Shown here piece after piece: positions 26,573 through 36,911 of a stretch of 43,446 bases of DNA. The stretch comes from Candidatus Moraniibacteriota bacterium (lineage in GTDB: Bacteria > Patescibacteriota > Minisyncoccia > Moranbacterales > GCA-2747515): contig JAGYLL010000003.1 of NCBI GenBank assembly GCA_018401135.1, forward strand, positions 1 to 43,446, in the 5' to 3' direction. A model generated the notes under the pieces. The model saw nothing but the letters and a program-made list of their open reading frames with translations. It was not told the DNA's origin and ran no database searches. Both the position numbers and the translations under genes were made by a program. The number at the start of each line of letters is the position of its first letter. The stretch's first letter is position 1.

Positions 26573-27835
26573 CTAGATAAATCGGAGGGTATCTGGGGAG
26601 AAGAGGAGAAGAAATCCTAATATGAGCATAAGTATTCCTCCGATGAGATTAGTAAAGGTTGAATATTTTGCTGTCATTCCTATTTTGTCCATACTCCAAA
26701 TAGCTATAGCAAAAACTATAAGGTCGTCAATCATATAGGTGAGGAGATAGAGAAGCATCATAGATTGTTGCTCAAGAAAAGAAAGATTATTCATTTCTAA
26801 TATTTTCGTAAATGCTTGAGGTATTCCTATAGAACAAGCAAATTCTATAATACTAATACTGAGAGCGAGGAAGAGAATAGCAAGAATAACAGCGGGATTG
26901 AGGGGGGAAGAGGCGATTTTTTTGATCTGACGTATAATTTTTTCCCGTCTAGATGATGTCGTGACCGAACATGTTCCTTTTGCCTGAGACCATTCGTATA
27001 AGAAAAATGCTCCACCCAAAACAGCTATAATACCTACAATAGGCGTGACGATGGAATCGAGATCGATAAAATTCCACGTAGTAAACCAAATATTGAGAAT
27101 AAGTGCGTAAATAATCGCTTGGGAAAGAATGAAAAGTCCTGCCAAAAAAAACATACGCTTTCTCGATCGTGTCTGGGCAAGTATGAGAAGAAAGGTGACA
27201 AGTACCCAAAGGGCACACGGATTAAAGCCATCGATGAAACCAAGTGTAAGGGAAAGGAGGGGAAGTGAATATGTACTTACATCAAAGGTTCCTATAAAAG
27301 GAAGAGAGACATTTAATGGTTTTGCTGTTGTTGCAAAAGAAGGCATCTCGCAGATCCCAGCTTCATTTTCTTGGCAAAAAGCATTGGTTAATTGACCTTG
27401 TTGCGTTCCTCCTTGTTGAATGATTTCTTCTGGAGAGAGTGTTCCTATTTCCTTATTCTCCAGAGCGATTGATTCTATAAGTTTCCCTGTTGTTTTAGCG
27501 CTATCAAATCCCGAAAAAGCCGTATTTCCTACGATGATAATGGGTGTGGCAAGGGGAAAGCCTTCTAATGTGGCAATTTCTTTCCACCATGATGCATAGG
27601 GTTCGGTATGAATGTCTAGATATTGAGATTGTATAAAAGAGTATTGAGATTCTAGGGAGGTGAGAAATTCTTTTGCATCTTGGCAGTGTCTACAGTCTTC
27701 TCTTGCAAAGACGTATACGATAACGGAATCGTTTTTCGAAGAAGAGACAACTTCATCAGAAGCAAGTAGAGGAGAAAAGGGCAAAAAAATAAAGAAGAGG
27801 CATTGAAAAAAGAGAAAATGTGAAAAATATTTCAT
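26573..27835 (-). CDS. Glutaredoxin/thioredoxin domain fused to CcdA/DsbD-like membrane domain
   Basis: Signal peptide, CRHC active site and cis-Pro ATP motif, then six TM helices with GFIDGFNPCA and EFACSIG cysteines. Confidence 0.85.
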   Translation of the reverse strand: MKYFSHFLFFQCLFFIFLPFSPLLASDEVVSSSKNDSVIVYVFAREDCRHCQDAKEFLTSLESQYSFIQSQYLDIHTEPYASWWKEIATLEGFPLATPIIIVGNTAFSGFDSAKTTGKLIESIALENKEIGTLSPEEIIQQGGTQQGQLTNAFCQENEAGICEMPSFATTAKPLNVSLPFIGTFDVSTYSLPLLSLTLGFIDGFNPCALWVLVTFLLILAQTRSRKRMFFLAGLFILSQAIIYALILNIWFTTWNFIDLDSIVTPIVGIIAVLGGAFFLYEWSQAKGTCSVTTSSRREKIIRQIKKIASSPLNPAVILAILFLALSISIIEFACSIGIPQAFTKILEMNNLSFLEQQSMMLLYLLTYMIDDLIVFAIAIWSMDKIGMTAKYSTFTNLIGGILMLILGFLLLFSPDTLRFI

Positions 27836-27853
27836 AGAAAAGGAGGGATAAAA

Positions 27854-29654
27854 TTATTGAATAAGAAAAAGTTTATTGAAAATGGAATAGGGAGAAAGGT
27901 GTGGGAAAGCAAGTGATCCCGTTAGTGTACGATCGGTAAGTCGAGATCCAGAAAATTCTACAACAAGTCCTTCATTATCAGGTATGGTACCGTAGGTGTC
28001 AAGGGAGTCTTTTTCAACCAAAAAGAAAACTCTTTCAAAATGAGAAAAATCTGCACGATTGAAATCTTCGGCGTTAAAGAAATAGGCGGAAGAAATACCC
28101 TCCATTTGGAGTATACTTGGAATCATAACAAAACCATTTCCTGTTACATTTTTTTCTACGAGAATAATATCTTTTTGTGTAAAATTTTGAGAAAAGGCTC
28201 TAGTTTGTTGGAGAAGGGAAGAATCTTGAGAAATAGAGAAAAAAGAAAATAGAGGAATGTTTTGAGAGAGAAAAAAGAGCTGAAAGAATGCCATAAAGAA
28301 ATATTCTTTGACTTTTTTTCGACGTTTGAATGAAGAGAAAGAATGTATAAGCCAAGATGAGAATAAGAGCGGGAAGAACACTAAAAAGAAACCTTCTCAA
28401 CATCCAAGGGTGATCAGGTGAGATGAAAGGGATAAGGAGATAGAGAAAGCCTGGCGACAATATGCTAAGAAAAGAAAAAATGAGCTCTTTTCGTTTGGGT
28501 ATATTTTTTAGAAAAAATAAAAGTATGCAAGAGAAAAATCCCAAGAGAGCTAGAATGCCTATGCCATGGGAAAAGAATTTTCCATAAACCTAAAAGAGAA
28601 AGAGAAATAGTTGCTTCTTGAGAGGGAAGGGATTCTATAATCCCAAGTGTCTCCAAAAAGGCTTTTGCTACCGTTGAGTAGAAGGGAATATTGTGTAAAA
28701 CAGCAAGGAAGAAAAAGAAAAAGAGTAGGAGAGAAGGTAAAAAAAATCGAACCAATATTTTTTCTCGAAGAAATTGTTTTGCCAAAGGAAAAAATAAAAG
28801 TGAGATAAGAGCAAGAAAAGCAAAAACATACCCTCTATTCTTGTTATAGAAAGAAGTCCTAGTGAAAGAAAAAGAAAGAAGAGATTGTTTGAAGAAGGTT
28901 TTTGTATGAAATGCAGAAGAAAAAGGAGTGCAATCCAAAGACTAGCGAGCATAACATTTTCAGTAAGGGAGAAACGTGAAAACCACCAGAGGGGAAACGT
29001 TATAAAAATGAGAGTAATAAAAATATACGCTGTTTTTTTATTAGTGAAATACAAAAGGATGTTCAAAAAGAAAAAGCAAAGAAAAAGAGCGTAAGTGCAT
29101 TTCCTAGCATAATATGGTAAGGAGAAGGAATTCCAAGGGAAAGAAGAGAGGCATACCATGCTATGGTTGGATGGGGAAATTGTGTTACGAGATTGCCTAC
29201 AGAGTCATAAAAAAATCCAGGAAAGTTTAATGCCTTCCCTTCTCCATAGGCAGAAAAAAACGACTGTGCTTCTTGGAGAGGAAAAGAAAAAGATGAATAT
29301 TTCGAGAGAAAATAACTCGACTGAGAAATGGATCCCTGGTCTCGTCCATTAAAAAGTGTTTGAGGCTGAAAAAAAACAAAAGTATTAGAGGATAATAAAA
29401 AAAGAAAGAAAACTCCAAAAAACAAAGGTGTGTGGAGAGGGATGAGACATTTTTTTTAATAGAGAGGGATGATTTCTTAAAAACCAAAAAAGAGAGCCTC
29501 CTAAAATCCAGAATATTGGGGTTGAGAAGACATCGAGCCAACCAAAAAAAGTTGCCAGAATAACCCAGATGACCCATAAACCCAAGAAACGTTGCAAAAG
29601 TAGACATATAAAAGTATAGCATAAGAACGATAAAAAGAATATGTTTGAAGTCAA
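27854..29654 (-). pseudogene. Multi-TM membrane protein (GT-C glycosyltransferase-like), split by at least five frameshifts
   Basis: Overlapping minus-strand ORF fragments tile one polytopic protein: GRDQGS acidic loop motif, NFPGF, SRFSLTEN, TRIEG, SPDHPWMLRRF, soluble C-terminal domain. Breaks fall in T-rich tracts. Confidence 0.7.
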
Positions 29655-29726
29655 ATGTTACATATTGTTATTTTCCTTGTTTTGTAGTATTTTTATGGAG
29701 TAGGTTTCATTTTATAGAGAATATAT

Positions 29727-30674
29727 ATGGAAAAAGAACCAAAAATATTAGAAAAAATTTCTTCAGAAGAGGGTATAAAACAAGAAAGTGAAAATGGGGA
29801 AAAGAAGATGAAGCTCCGTCTCTCATTTTTAGACCTTCTTGGGAATATATGGAAAAGGTTTCTTGAGCGATGGGAACTTTTTCTCGTGATTGGTTTCGTT
29901 ATGAGTATTTTTGAGATTATTCTTTTATTGAAAGATTTTGAAGTGCTTGGTGAGAATAGTTTACATTCCCTTATTTTTATTTTTTGGATTATTTTGAGTT
30001 TGATTTTAGCATTACTTTCTCAAATCGTATTTTTTTATATGGTAGTGGAGCAAAAAACTTTTTCGAATATTGCCGAAATAAATATTCTTTACAGAAAAGC
30101 AATTTCAGATGTACTTCCCTTTCTTTGGATAGGATTTCTTTCGAGTATGGTTATCTTGGGAATGACGTTTCTTTTTGTTATACCTGGTCTTTTGTTCGTT
30201 TTTCTTCTTGGCTTATCTTCTATGATATATTTTTGTGAGCATAAAAAGGGAATGGAAGCTCTCTTGGGAAGTTGGCATTACGTCTCTCGATTTTTTTGGG
30301 AATTTGCTTTTCGAATGACAAGTGGTTTGTTTTTGATGTTGCTTTTGTTATTTGCTTTTGTTGGTTTAGCGGATGTATTTTTAGGAATTGATTTGAGTAA
30401 AATTGAAGAAAAAAATACTTTTTCTTTCATTGGGCATAGTATAAGTAGTATTTTTCAAAATGGAGTTTTCGTGCCTCTTTCACTTCTTTTTCTCCACGAA
30501 ATATATAAAGATATGAAATCTTTATATGGAGAGCAAGTAACGCAACAACAGCGAATAAAGAGGAAAAGATGGCTTTATTTAGGAATTTCTTTGGCTCCAT
30601 TAGCTATCATTTCTCTCGTTATCTTTCTTGTTTTTCTTATTGTTTCTTTAAATATAAATACACAATCTTTCTAG
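29727..30674 (+). CDS. Hypothetical integral membrane protein
   Basis: 315 aa, 6-7 hydrophobic helices, LFVIPG...EALLGSWHYV pattern typical of DUF975/GDPD membrane-domain-like proteins. Confidence 0.75.
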   Translation: MEKEPKILEKISSEEGIKQESENGEKKMKLRLSFLDLLGNIWKRFLERWELFLVIGFVMSIFEIILLLKDFEVLGENSLHSLIFIFWIILSLILALLSQIVFFYMVVEQKTFSNIAEINILYRKAISDVLPFLWIGFLSSMVILGMTFLFVIPGLLFVFLLGLSSMIYFCEHKKGMEALLGSWHYVSRFFWEFAFRMTSGLFLMLLLLFAFVGLADVFLGIDLSKIEEKNTFSFIGHSISSIFQNGVFVPLSLLFLHEIYKDMKSLYGEQVTQQQRIKRKRWLYLGISLAPLAIISLVIFLVFLIVSLNINTQSF

Positions 30675-30751
30675 GAGAAATTTTTTTTCTTGTTATTTTT
30701 ATATTTTGTGATATGCTATTTTTCATAGTGTAAGAAAGAAATATATATTTT

Positions 30752-30825
30752 GCCGCCATCGTCTAGCCCGGTCAGGACGCCAGGTTCTCATCCTGGTAAC
30801 AGGGGTTCGAATCCCCTTGGCGGTA
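30752..30825 (+). tRNA. tRNA-Glu (anticodon CTC), CCA not encoded
   Basis: Acceptor GCCGCCA/TGGCGGT, anticodon arm CCAGG-TTCTCAT-CCTGG, T arm AGGGG-TTCGAAT-CCCCT, discriminator A. Confidence 0.95.
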
Positions 30826-30874
30826 CACAGTACAATAATTGGGTGATTTCTTGTAATTAAAGAAGCTATACTCT

Positions 30875-31945
30875 ATGGATGTTTCTCTCGAACTTTCTCT
30901 TTTTAAGAAAGAAATTGATAAGGAAATAACCCAATTTCTCGACAAAGAAATAGCAAGTATCCAAAAAAAAGACGCATTGGTCGTCAACGCTCTTCGACAT
31001 ACAAAAAAGATACTTCTTTCGGGAGGAAAACGTATTCGATCAGCGATGATGTATCATGGGTATCTTCTCTCAGGAGGTAAGGATAATGAAGAAATGCTCA
31101 GAACATCTGTGAGTATGGAATTAATACATACCTTTCTTCTTATTCATGATGATGTTATGGATAGAGATGATTTTCGGCATGGAAAAAAAACAGTACATGC
31201 TTTTTATAGAGAATATGCTCAAAGATTTTTCTCCGATAAAGATTGTGATCATTTTGGTAATGCTATTGCTATTTCTCTTGGAGATATGCTTGCTGCATTG
31301 GGGCAGAAATGTATTTATCAATCACACTTTCCTCCTGAGCGAATTGTTTTTGCACTAAAGTATTTGCAATCAATTGTTTCCTCGACTATTATAGGACAAG
31401 TAAAAGATATTCGTATGGGATTTTCTTCTCATATAGCTAAAGAAGCTGAAGTTCTTGCTATGTATGAAAATAAAACAGCTCGATATACGTTTGAAGGACC
31501 TCTTTGTTTGGGAGCTATTCTTGCTGGAAAAGGAGAGGATTTTCTTGGATATATTTCTTCGTATGCCATTCCAACGGGAATAGCATATCAAATTCAAGAT
31601 GATATCTTGGGAATATATGGAAATCCTACAACTATGGGAAAGCCCATTGGTTCAGATTTAGAAGAGGGAAAAATGACACTTCTTATTTCAAAAGCCTATG
31701 AGCTGGGGGATAAAATTCAAAAAAAGACTCTTATGGATATTTTAGGATCGCCCGTAACCAAAGAAAAACTTTCTTTGGCAAAAGAAATTATTGAAAAAAC
31801 AGGATCACTTGCTTATGCGCAGTCAAAGAGTTCTCGACTTTTGCAAGAAGGAGAAGAAGCTATAAAAAAGATAGCTACAAAAAATATTCAATCAACAGAC
31901 TTTCTTATCAGTGTCTCTTCTTTTCTTTCTCAAAGAACGGTATAA
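30875..31945 (+). CDS. trans-Polyprenyl diphosphate synthase (IspA/GGPPS family)
   Basis: GGKRIR, FARM LIHDDVMD..RHG, GQ..D, KTA, SARM YQIQDD, GSDLEEGK. Confidence 0.93.
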   Translation: MDVSLELSLFKKEIDKEITQFLDKEIASIQKKDALVVNALRHTKKILLSGGKRIRSAMMYHGYLLSGGKDNEEMLRTSVSMELIHTFLLIHDDVMDRDDFRHGKKTVHAFYREYAQRFFSDKDCDHFGNAIAISLGDMLAALGQKCIYQSHFPPERIVFALKYLQSIVSSTIIGQVKDIRMGFSSHIAKEAEVLAMYENKTARYTFEGPLCLGAILAGKGEDFLGYISSYAIPTGIAYQIQDDILGIYGNPTTMGKPIGSDLEEGKMTLLISKAYELGDKIQKKTLMDILGSPVTKEKLSLAKEIIEKTGSLAYAQSKSSRLLQEGEEAIKKIATKNIQSTDFLISVSSFLSQRTV

Positions 31946-31954
31946 TATATATGT

Positions 31955-32671
31955 ATGGAAAATAAAGAAATGAAAATCATTCCTCATCACCTTGCTATTA
32001 TTCCTGATGGAAATCGTCGATGGGCTAAACAACGCAATAGATCTCCGTGGGAGGGTCATAGGGAGGGAGCAAAAACAACAGAAATACTTATTAAGAAAGC
32101 AAATGAAATAGGCATAGAATGTCTTTCTTTTTGGGGATCTTCTCAAGACAATCTCAAAAAACGACCTCTAGAAGAAAAAAAAGAACTCCTTGAAATTTAT
32201 TTAGAATATTTTCATAAAATACTTGAAAGTGAGGAGGTTCATAAAAATGAAGCAAAGATAAATATTATAGGTGAATGGGAAGAACAATTTCCTGCGAAAT
32301 TAAAAAATGTATTGAAAGATTGTATACAAAATACAAAGCACTATTCCAAACGAATGCTTAATTTTTTTCTTGCCTATAACGGAGATCGTGAAATGCTTCA
32401 CGCTATACAAAATATAATTTCACAAGGTATACATCCTGAAAATATAACGCCAAAAATTATTAAACAAAATCTTTTTACAAAAGAGCTTCCTGCTGTAGAC
32501 TATCTTGTGAGAACGGGAGGGGAACCTCATTTGAGCACAGGGTTTATGATGTGGGATGTTGCCAATGCTCAACTGTATTTTTCTCAAAAACTCTATCCTG
32601 ATTTTAATGCGCAAGCATTTGAAGAGGCTATCGAAGAATTTTCTCAAAGAAAAAGACGTTTAGGTGCATAA
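31955..32671 (+). CDS. uppS: Undecaprenyl diphosphate synthase
   Basis: HLAIIPDGNRRWA, GHREG, YNG, RTGGEPHLS, RRLG. Confidence 0.95.
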   Translation: MENKEMKIIPHHLAIIPDGNRRWAKQRNRSPWEGHREGAKTTEILIKKANEIGIECLSFWGSSQDNLKKRPLEEKKELLEIYLEYFHKILESEEVHKNEAKINIIGEWEEQFPAKLKNVLKDCIQNTKHYSKRMLNFFLAYNGDREMLHAIQNIISQGIHPENITPKIIKQNLFTKELPAVDYLVRTGGEPHLSTGFMMWDVANAQLYFSQKLYPDFNAQAFEEAIEEFSQRKRRLGA

Positions 32672-32747
32672 TGAATTTTTGTGATATACTGAAGGAAGAT
32701 TTTTTTGAGAGAAAAAGACCTATTTATTTTTAGTATAACACAAAAAT

Positions 32748-34328
32748 ATGTACGATATTCTTTTGCGAGGAGGGCTCGTCTATGATGGATTAGGATCCTC
32801 ACCTTTTCGTGCTGATATTGCTATAAAAGATGGTCGTATCTATGAAATGGGAGAAATAGGAAGAAATGCATCAACGCGAGAAAAAATAGATATTGATGGG
32901 GGTATTGTTTGTCCTGGTTTTATCGATGTAAATAATCATAGTGATACCCATTGGAGAATTTTTTCAGATCCAACTTTAGAAAGTCTTGTAAGGCAAGGTA
33001 TTACCACTATGATAGGGGGTGCATGTGGATCTTCACTTGCACCTTTGCTCAAAGATAGAGCGATTGAATCTATACGGAAATGGATAGACATACGAGAAAC
33101 GAATATTAACTGGCAAAGTATGGATGATCTTCTCTCCCTTCTTTCTTTGCGAGAAATTCCTATTAACTATACAACTTTGGTGGGGCACAATACACTCCGT
33201 CGAGCAATTATTGGTGATGAGCATCGTCCTTCTACACAAATGGAGATTGATCAAATGGTGTATGCTTTGAGAAATTCTTTGAAAGAAGGTGCTCTTGGCC
33301 TTTCTTTTGGACTCGCCTATACCCATGCTAAATCTGCTGATGATAGAGAATTAGGAACTTTCTTTATGGAAATGGCGAGAGCAAAAAGAATTTCTTCGAT
33401 ACATCTTCGTAATGAAGGTGCTTGGGTTCTTGAAGCACTTGAAGAAGTTTTGGAATATGCAAAACAAACGAATGCTACTCTTCATATTTCTCATGCGAAA
33501 ATAATGGGAGAAAAAAATTGGAAACTTTTTGAGAAATACCTTTCTCTTTTAGACGAAGCTGTAAAAAATAATGTCCATATAAGTTTTGATATTTTTCCTT
33601 ATAATTATACAGGAACCGTTCTTTATACCCTTCTTCCTGATTGGGTAAGTGAAGGCGGTAGAGATGCAATGCTTCATCGTTTGCGAGACAGAGCTCTTCG
33701 TCGTCAAGTAAAAATAGATATGCAAAAAATGGGATTGGAATATGAAAACATATATATCCTTAATGCGACGTTTCTCGACAGAGCACTTACAAAAAAAAGC
33801 ATACTCCAAATAGCACAATCTCGTAATAGTACACCTGAAGATGCTCTTATTGATGTCCTTCTTTCAAGTGAGGGAAGAGCTATTGTTCGTATGAATGTTT
33901 TGTTCGAAAAACATATAGAAAAAGCCATACAACATCCTTTGTCAATAATTGCTTCTGATGGAGCTGGATATGGCATTGAACATAGACAAACAGGAGAAAG
34001 TGTACATCCTCGATGTTTCGGTTGCTTTCCTCGTTTTCTCTCTTACTATGTCAAAGAAAGAAAGCTTCTCTCTTGGGAGGAAGCTATTTACAAAATAACA
34101 GGTTTTCCTGCGAAGTGTTTTGGTATTGAAAAGCGAGGTGTTTTACAAGAAGGAAATTATGCAGATATTACCATATTTGATCCTGAAACCATAGAAGAAA
34201 AAGCAACGATCCAAAATCCTTATCAATACGCACAAGGAATTAATCATCTTATTGTGAATGGTAAAATTGTTTTGCGAGATGGTGTTTATAAAGAAAAAAA
34301 GGCGGGTATGGTTATAAGAAAAAAATAG
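32748..34328 (+). CDS. N-acyl-D-amino acid deacylase (D-aminoacylase family amidohydrolase)
   Basis: PGFIDVNNHSD, QGITT..GACG, GHNTLR, IHLR, ISH, ASDG, HPRCFGCFPR, RGVLQEGNYAD. Confidence 0.88.
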   Translation: MYDILLRGGLVYDGLGSSPFRADIAIKDGRIYEMGEIGRNASTREKIDIDGGIVCPGFIDVNNHSDTHWRIFSDPTLESLVRQGITTMIGGACGSSLAPLLKDRAIESIRKWIDIRETNINWQSMDDLLSLLSLREIPINYTTLVGHNTLRRAIIGDEHRPSTQMEIDQMVYALRNSLKEGALGLSFGLAYTHAKSADDRELGTFFMEMARAKRISSIHLRNEGAWVLEALEEVLEYAKQTNATLHISHAKIMGEKNWKLFEKYLSLLDEAVKNNVHISFDIFPYNYTGTVLYTLLPDWVSEGGRDAMLHRLRDRALRRQVKIDMQKMGLEYENIYILNATFLDRALTKKSILQIAQSRNSTPEDALIDVLLSSEGRAIVRMNVLFEKHIEKAIQHPLSIIASDGAGYGIEHRQTGESVHPRCFGCFPRFLSYYVKERKLLSWEEAIYKITGFPAKCFGIEKRGVLQEGNYADITIFDPETIEEKATIQNPYQYAQGINHLIVNGKIVLRDGVYKEKKAGMVIRKK

Positions 34329-34379
34329 AAATATTTGAAAAAAGAAGGTTGATTTTTTGGTATTGAGGATTATTTTTGT

Positions 34380-35792
34380 ATGAAATATAAAGAAGATTTT
34401 AAGGGAAAACGGGTTACGGTGTACGGTCTTGGTCTTCATGGCGGGGGAATAAGTACTGTTCGTTTTCTTGTAGAGGCGGGTGCTTTGGTAACCGTTACTG
34501 ACTTGAAATCACACGAACAACTTCTTCCTTCTATCGAAAAACTTTCTCTTTTTGAGAAAAATATACAGTATGTTCTTGGACGGCATAGACCTGAGGATTT
34601 TATAAAAGCAGATATCGTAGTAAAATCCCCCGCTATTCCTTGGAGTGATAAATATATTCGTTTGGCACAAGAAAATAACGTAAGAATCGAGATGGATTCA
34701 AGTATCTTTTTTCGATACTGGAAGAATCCCATAATAGGCGTTACAGGAACAAAAGGAAAAACAACGACGGCTCTCCTTACTGCTCGTATCTTGCAAATGA
34801 TAGGAGTCGATGCTTTGGAGGTAGGTATAGGACAAACTCCAGTACTTGATACTCTCGGAAAAATGAAACAAAATTCTGTAGCTGTTTTTGAATTATCAAG
34901 TTGGAGATTGAGTGCTTTTTCGGAAATACCGATGAAAAAAAGTCCCCAAATAGCTATTTTCAAAAATTTTTTACCTGATCATTTGAATTACTATTCTACA
35001 ATGGAAGCCTATCTTAAAGATAAGAAGAATATATTTCTCTATCAAAAGCCGACAGATTGGTGCATTCTCAATCACGATGATCCTGTTTTGCGAAATCTTC
35101 AACAGGAAGTAAAAGCTCAAATTTTATGGTTCGGCTTTTCTCGTCCAGAGAAGGGAAAAGCAATTTTTATAGATCAAGGTTGGGTTGTTTTGGACGACGG
35201 AATTGATACAAAGCGTATTGTGGCTACAAGAGAATTAGGATTGCAAGGTAAACATAATATCCTCAATGCCACAGCTGCTATTGGTGCATGTTGGGCATAT
35301 GGTGTCCCACTAGAAAAGCTCAAAAAACGAGCAAAAGATGTAGAAGGGATTCCGCATAGACTTGAGTTTGTTGCTGAAATACGAGGAATAAAATATTACA
35401 ACGACACGACAGCCACTATCCCTGATGCGACTATTTCTGCGCTTCATTCTTTCACCCAACCAGTTATTCTTATAGCGGGAGGTTCGAACAAAGGCTTGCA
35501 TTACGAGGGATTTGCTAAATCAGTCTCACATCGAGCAAAGAATATTGTTTTTTTACAAGGAACAGCGACCGTTGATATGAAAAAGGCTCTTTATGAGAGA
35601 ATAGGGGAGAAAGCGAATGCTTTTTACGAAGAATCTTCTATGGAAAAGGCTCTTATGCGAGCCACTTCTTTGGCGCAAGCGGGTGATGTTATCGTTCTCT
35701 CTCCTGGTGCAGCGAGTTTTGGTATGTTTCAAAATGAGTTTGATAGAGGGGATCAATTTCGTGCACTAGTACGCTCCTTGCGAAAGCGATAG
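34380..35792 (+). CDS. murD: UDP-N-acetylmuramoyl-L-alanine--D-glutamate ligase
   Basis: GLGLHGGG, GVTGTKGKTTT, ELSSWRL, DHLN, HRLE, YNDTTAT, LSPGAASF...RG. Confidence 0.95.
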   Translation: MKYKEDFKGKRVTVYGLGLHGGGISTVRFLVEAGALVTVTDLKSHEQLLPSIEKLSLFEKNIQYVLGRHRPEDFIKADIVVKSPAIPWSDKYIRLAQENNVRIEMDSSIFFRYWKNPIIGVTGTKGKTTTALLTARILQMIGVDALEVGIGQTPVLDTLGKMKQNSVAVFELSSWRLSAFSEIPMKKSPQIAIFKNFLPDHLNYYSTMEAYLKDKKNIFLYQKPTDWCILNHDDPVLRNLQQEVKAQILWFGFSRPEKGKAIFIDQGWVVLDDGIDTKRIVATRELGLQGKHNILNATAAIGACWAYGVPLEKLKKRAKDVEGIPHRLEFVAEIRGIKYYNDTTATIPDATISALHSFTQPVILIAGGSNKGLHYEGFAKSVSHRAKNIVFLQGTATVDMKKALYERIGEKANAFYEESSMEKALMRATSLAQAGDVIVLSPGAASFGMFQNEFDRGDQFRALVRSLRKR

Positions 35793-35831
35793 TATGTTTG
35801 TATACTTAAATACTTAGTATAAGAGAAATCT

Positions 35832-36860
35832 ATGAAGCCACGAATATTTTCAGGAGTACAGCCATCAGGAAATCTTCATATAGGAAATTATTTAGGTGCC
35901 ATACAACAATGGGTTCAACTTCAAGATGAGTATGAAGCACTTTTTTGTATCGTGGATCTTCATGCTATTACCGTTGCTCAGAATCCCGAAGAGCTTCGAA
36001 GAAGGACCTTTGAAATTGCCAAAACGTATATAGCTTTGGGTATTGATCCCGAAAAGTCGCATATTTTTGTTCAGTCATATGTCAAAGAACATACCGAACT
36101 TGCTTGGATTTTGAATACCCTTACAAAAAATGGAGATTTAACAAAAATGACACAATTTAAAAGTAAAACAGGTGTAGATTTTGAAGAATCTGAGGGTTCA
36201 GTATCTTTTCAAGAAATGAAAGAACGATTTAATTCTGTAGGCGTGGGACTTTTCGATTATCCCGTTCTTATGGCTTCTGATATCCTCCTCTATGATACGA
36301 ACTGTGTTCCTGTGGGGGATGATCAGATGCAACATTTAGAGCTTACCCGAACTCTTGCAAGGCGTTTTAATAAACGATTTGGAGAAACATTTATCATTCC
36401 CGAAACACGAGTATTACAAGACGGTTCTCGTATTATGGGACTTGACGATGCTCATAAAAAAATGTCTAAATCCGCTTTGAGTGAATATAATTATATTGCT
36501 CTTCATGATGAATTAGAAATGGCAAAGAAAAAAATTATGAAAGCCAAGACGGATAGTGGATTGGATATCACTTATAGCGAGGATCGTCCAGAACTCAAAA
36601 ATCTTCTTACTATCTTTGCTCTTTTGGAAAAGGTTTCTCCAGAAGAAATAGTTCTTCGATACAAAGGAAAAGGGTACGCTGATTTCAAAAAAGGACTTGC
36701 TTTGACTGTCTTTTCTTTTCTTGAAGCATTTCAAAATAAATACGCAACTATTTCTGATGAAGAAGTTCGCAAAGTTTTATATAAAGGAGCTGAATATGCT
36801 TCCCGTATTGCTCAAGAAAAAATGAAAAATGTTCGTGAGAAAGTAGGATTTTGGCAATAG
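35832..36860 (+). CDS. trpS: Tryptophan--tRNA ligase
   Basis: SGVQPSGNLHIGNYLGA, DLHA, YPVLMASDILLY, VPVGDDQ, KMSKS. Confidence 0.97.
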   Translation: MKPRIFSGVQPSGNLHIGNYLGAIQQWVQLQDEYEALFCIVDLHAITVAQNPEELRRRTFEIAKTYIALGIDPEKSHIFVQSYVKEHTELAWILNTLTKNGDLTKMTQFKSKTGVDFEESEGSVSFQEMKERFNSVGVGLFDYPVLMASDILLYDTNCVPVGDDQMQHLELTRTLARRFNKRFGETFIIPETRVLQDGSRIMGLDDAHKKMSKSALSEYNYIALHDELEMAKKKIMKAKTDSGLDITYSEDRPELKNLLTIFALLEKVSPEEIVLRYKGKGYADFKKGLALTVFSFLEAFQNKYATISDEEVRKVLYKGAEYASRIAQEKMKNVREKVGFWQ

Positions 36861-36882
36861 TTTTCTATATATATTTTAAAAG

Positions 36883-36911
36883 AAATAAAGAGTCCTGGGG
36901 GCTCTTTATTT
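36883..36911. terminator. Bidirectional terminator between convergent trpS and PMM/PGM
   Basis: AAATAAAGAGTCC-tgg-GGGCTCTTTATTT stem with one G-U pair. Confidence 0.6.

Noticed and set aside
30752-30875. tRNA-Glu as an integration site
   Set aside because: I saw no duplicated tRNA 3' end and no integrase; housekeeping genes follow directly.
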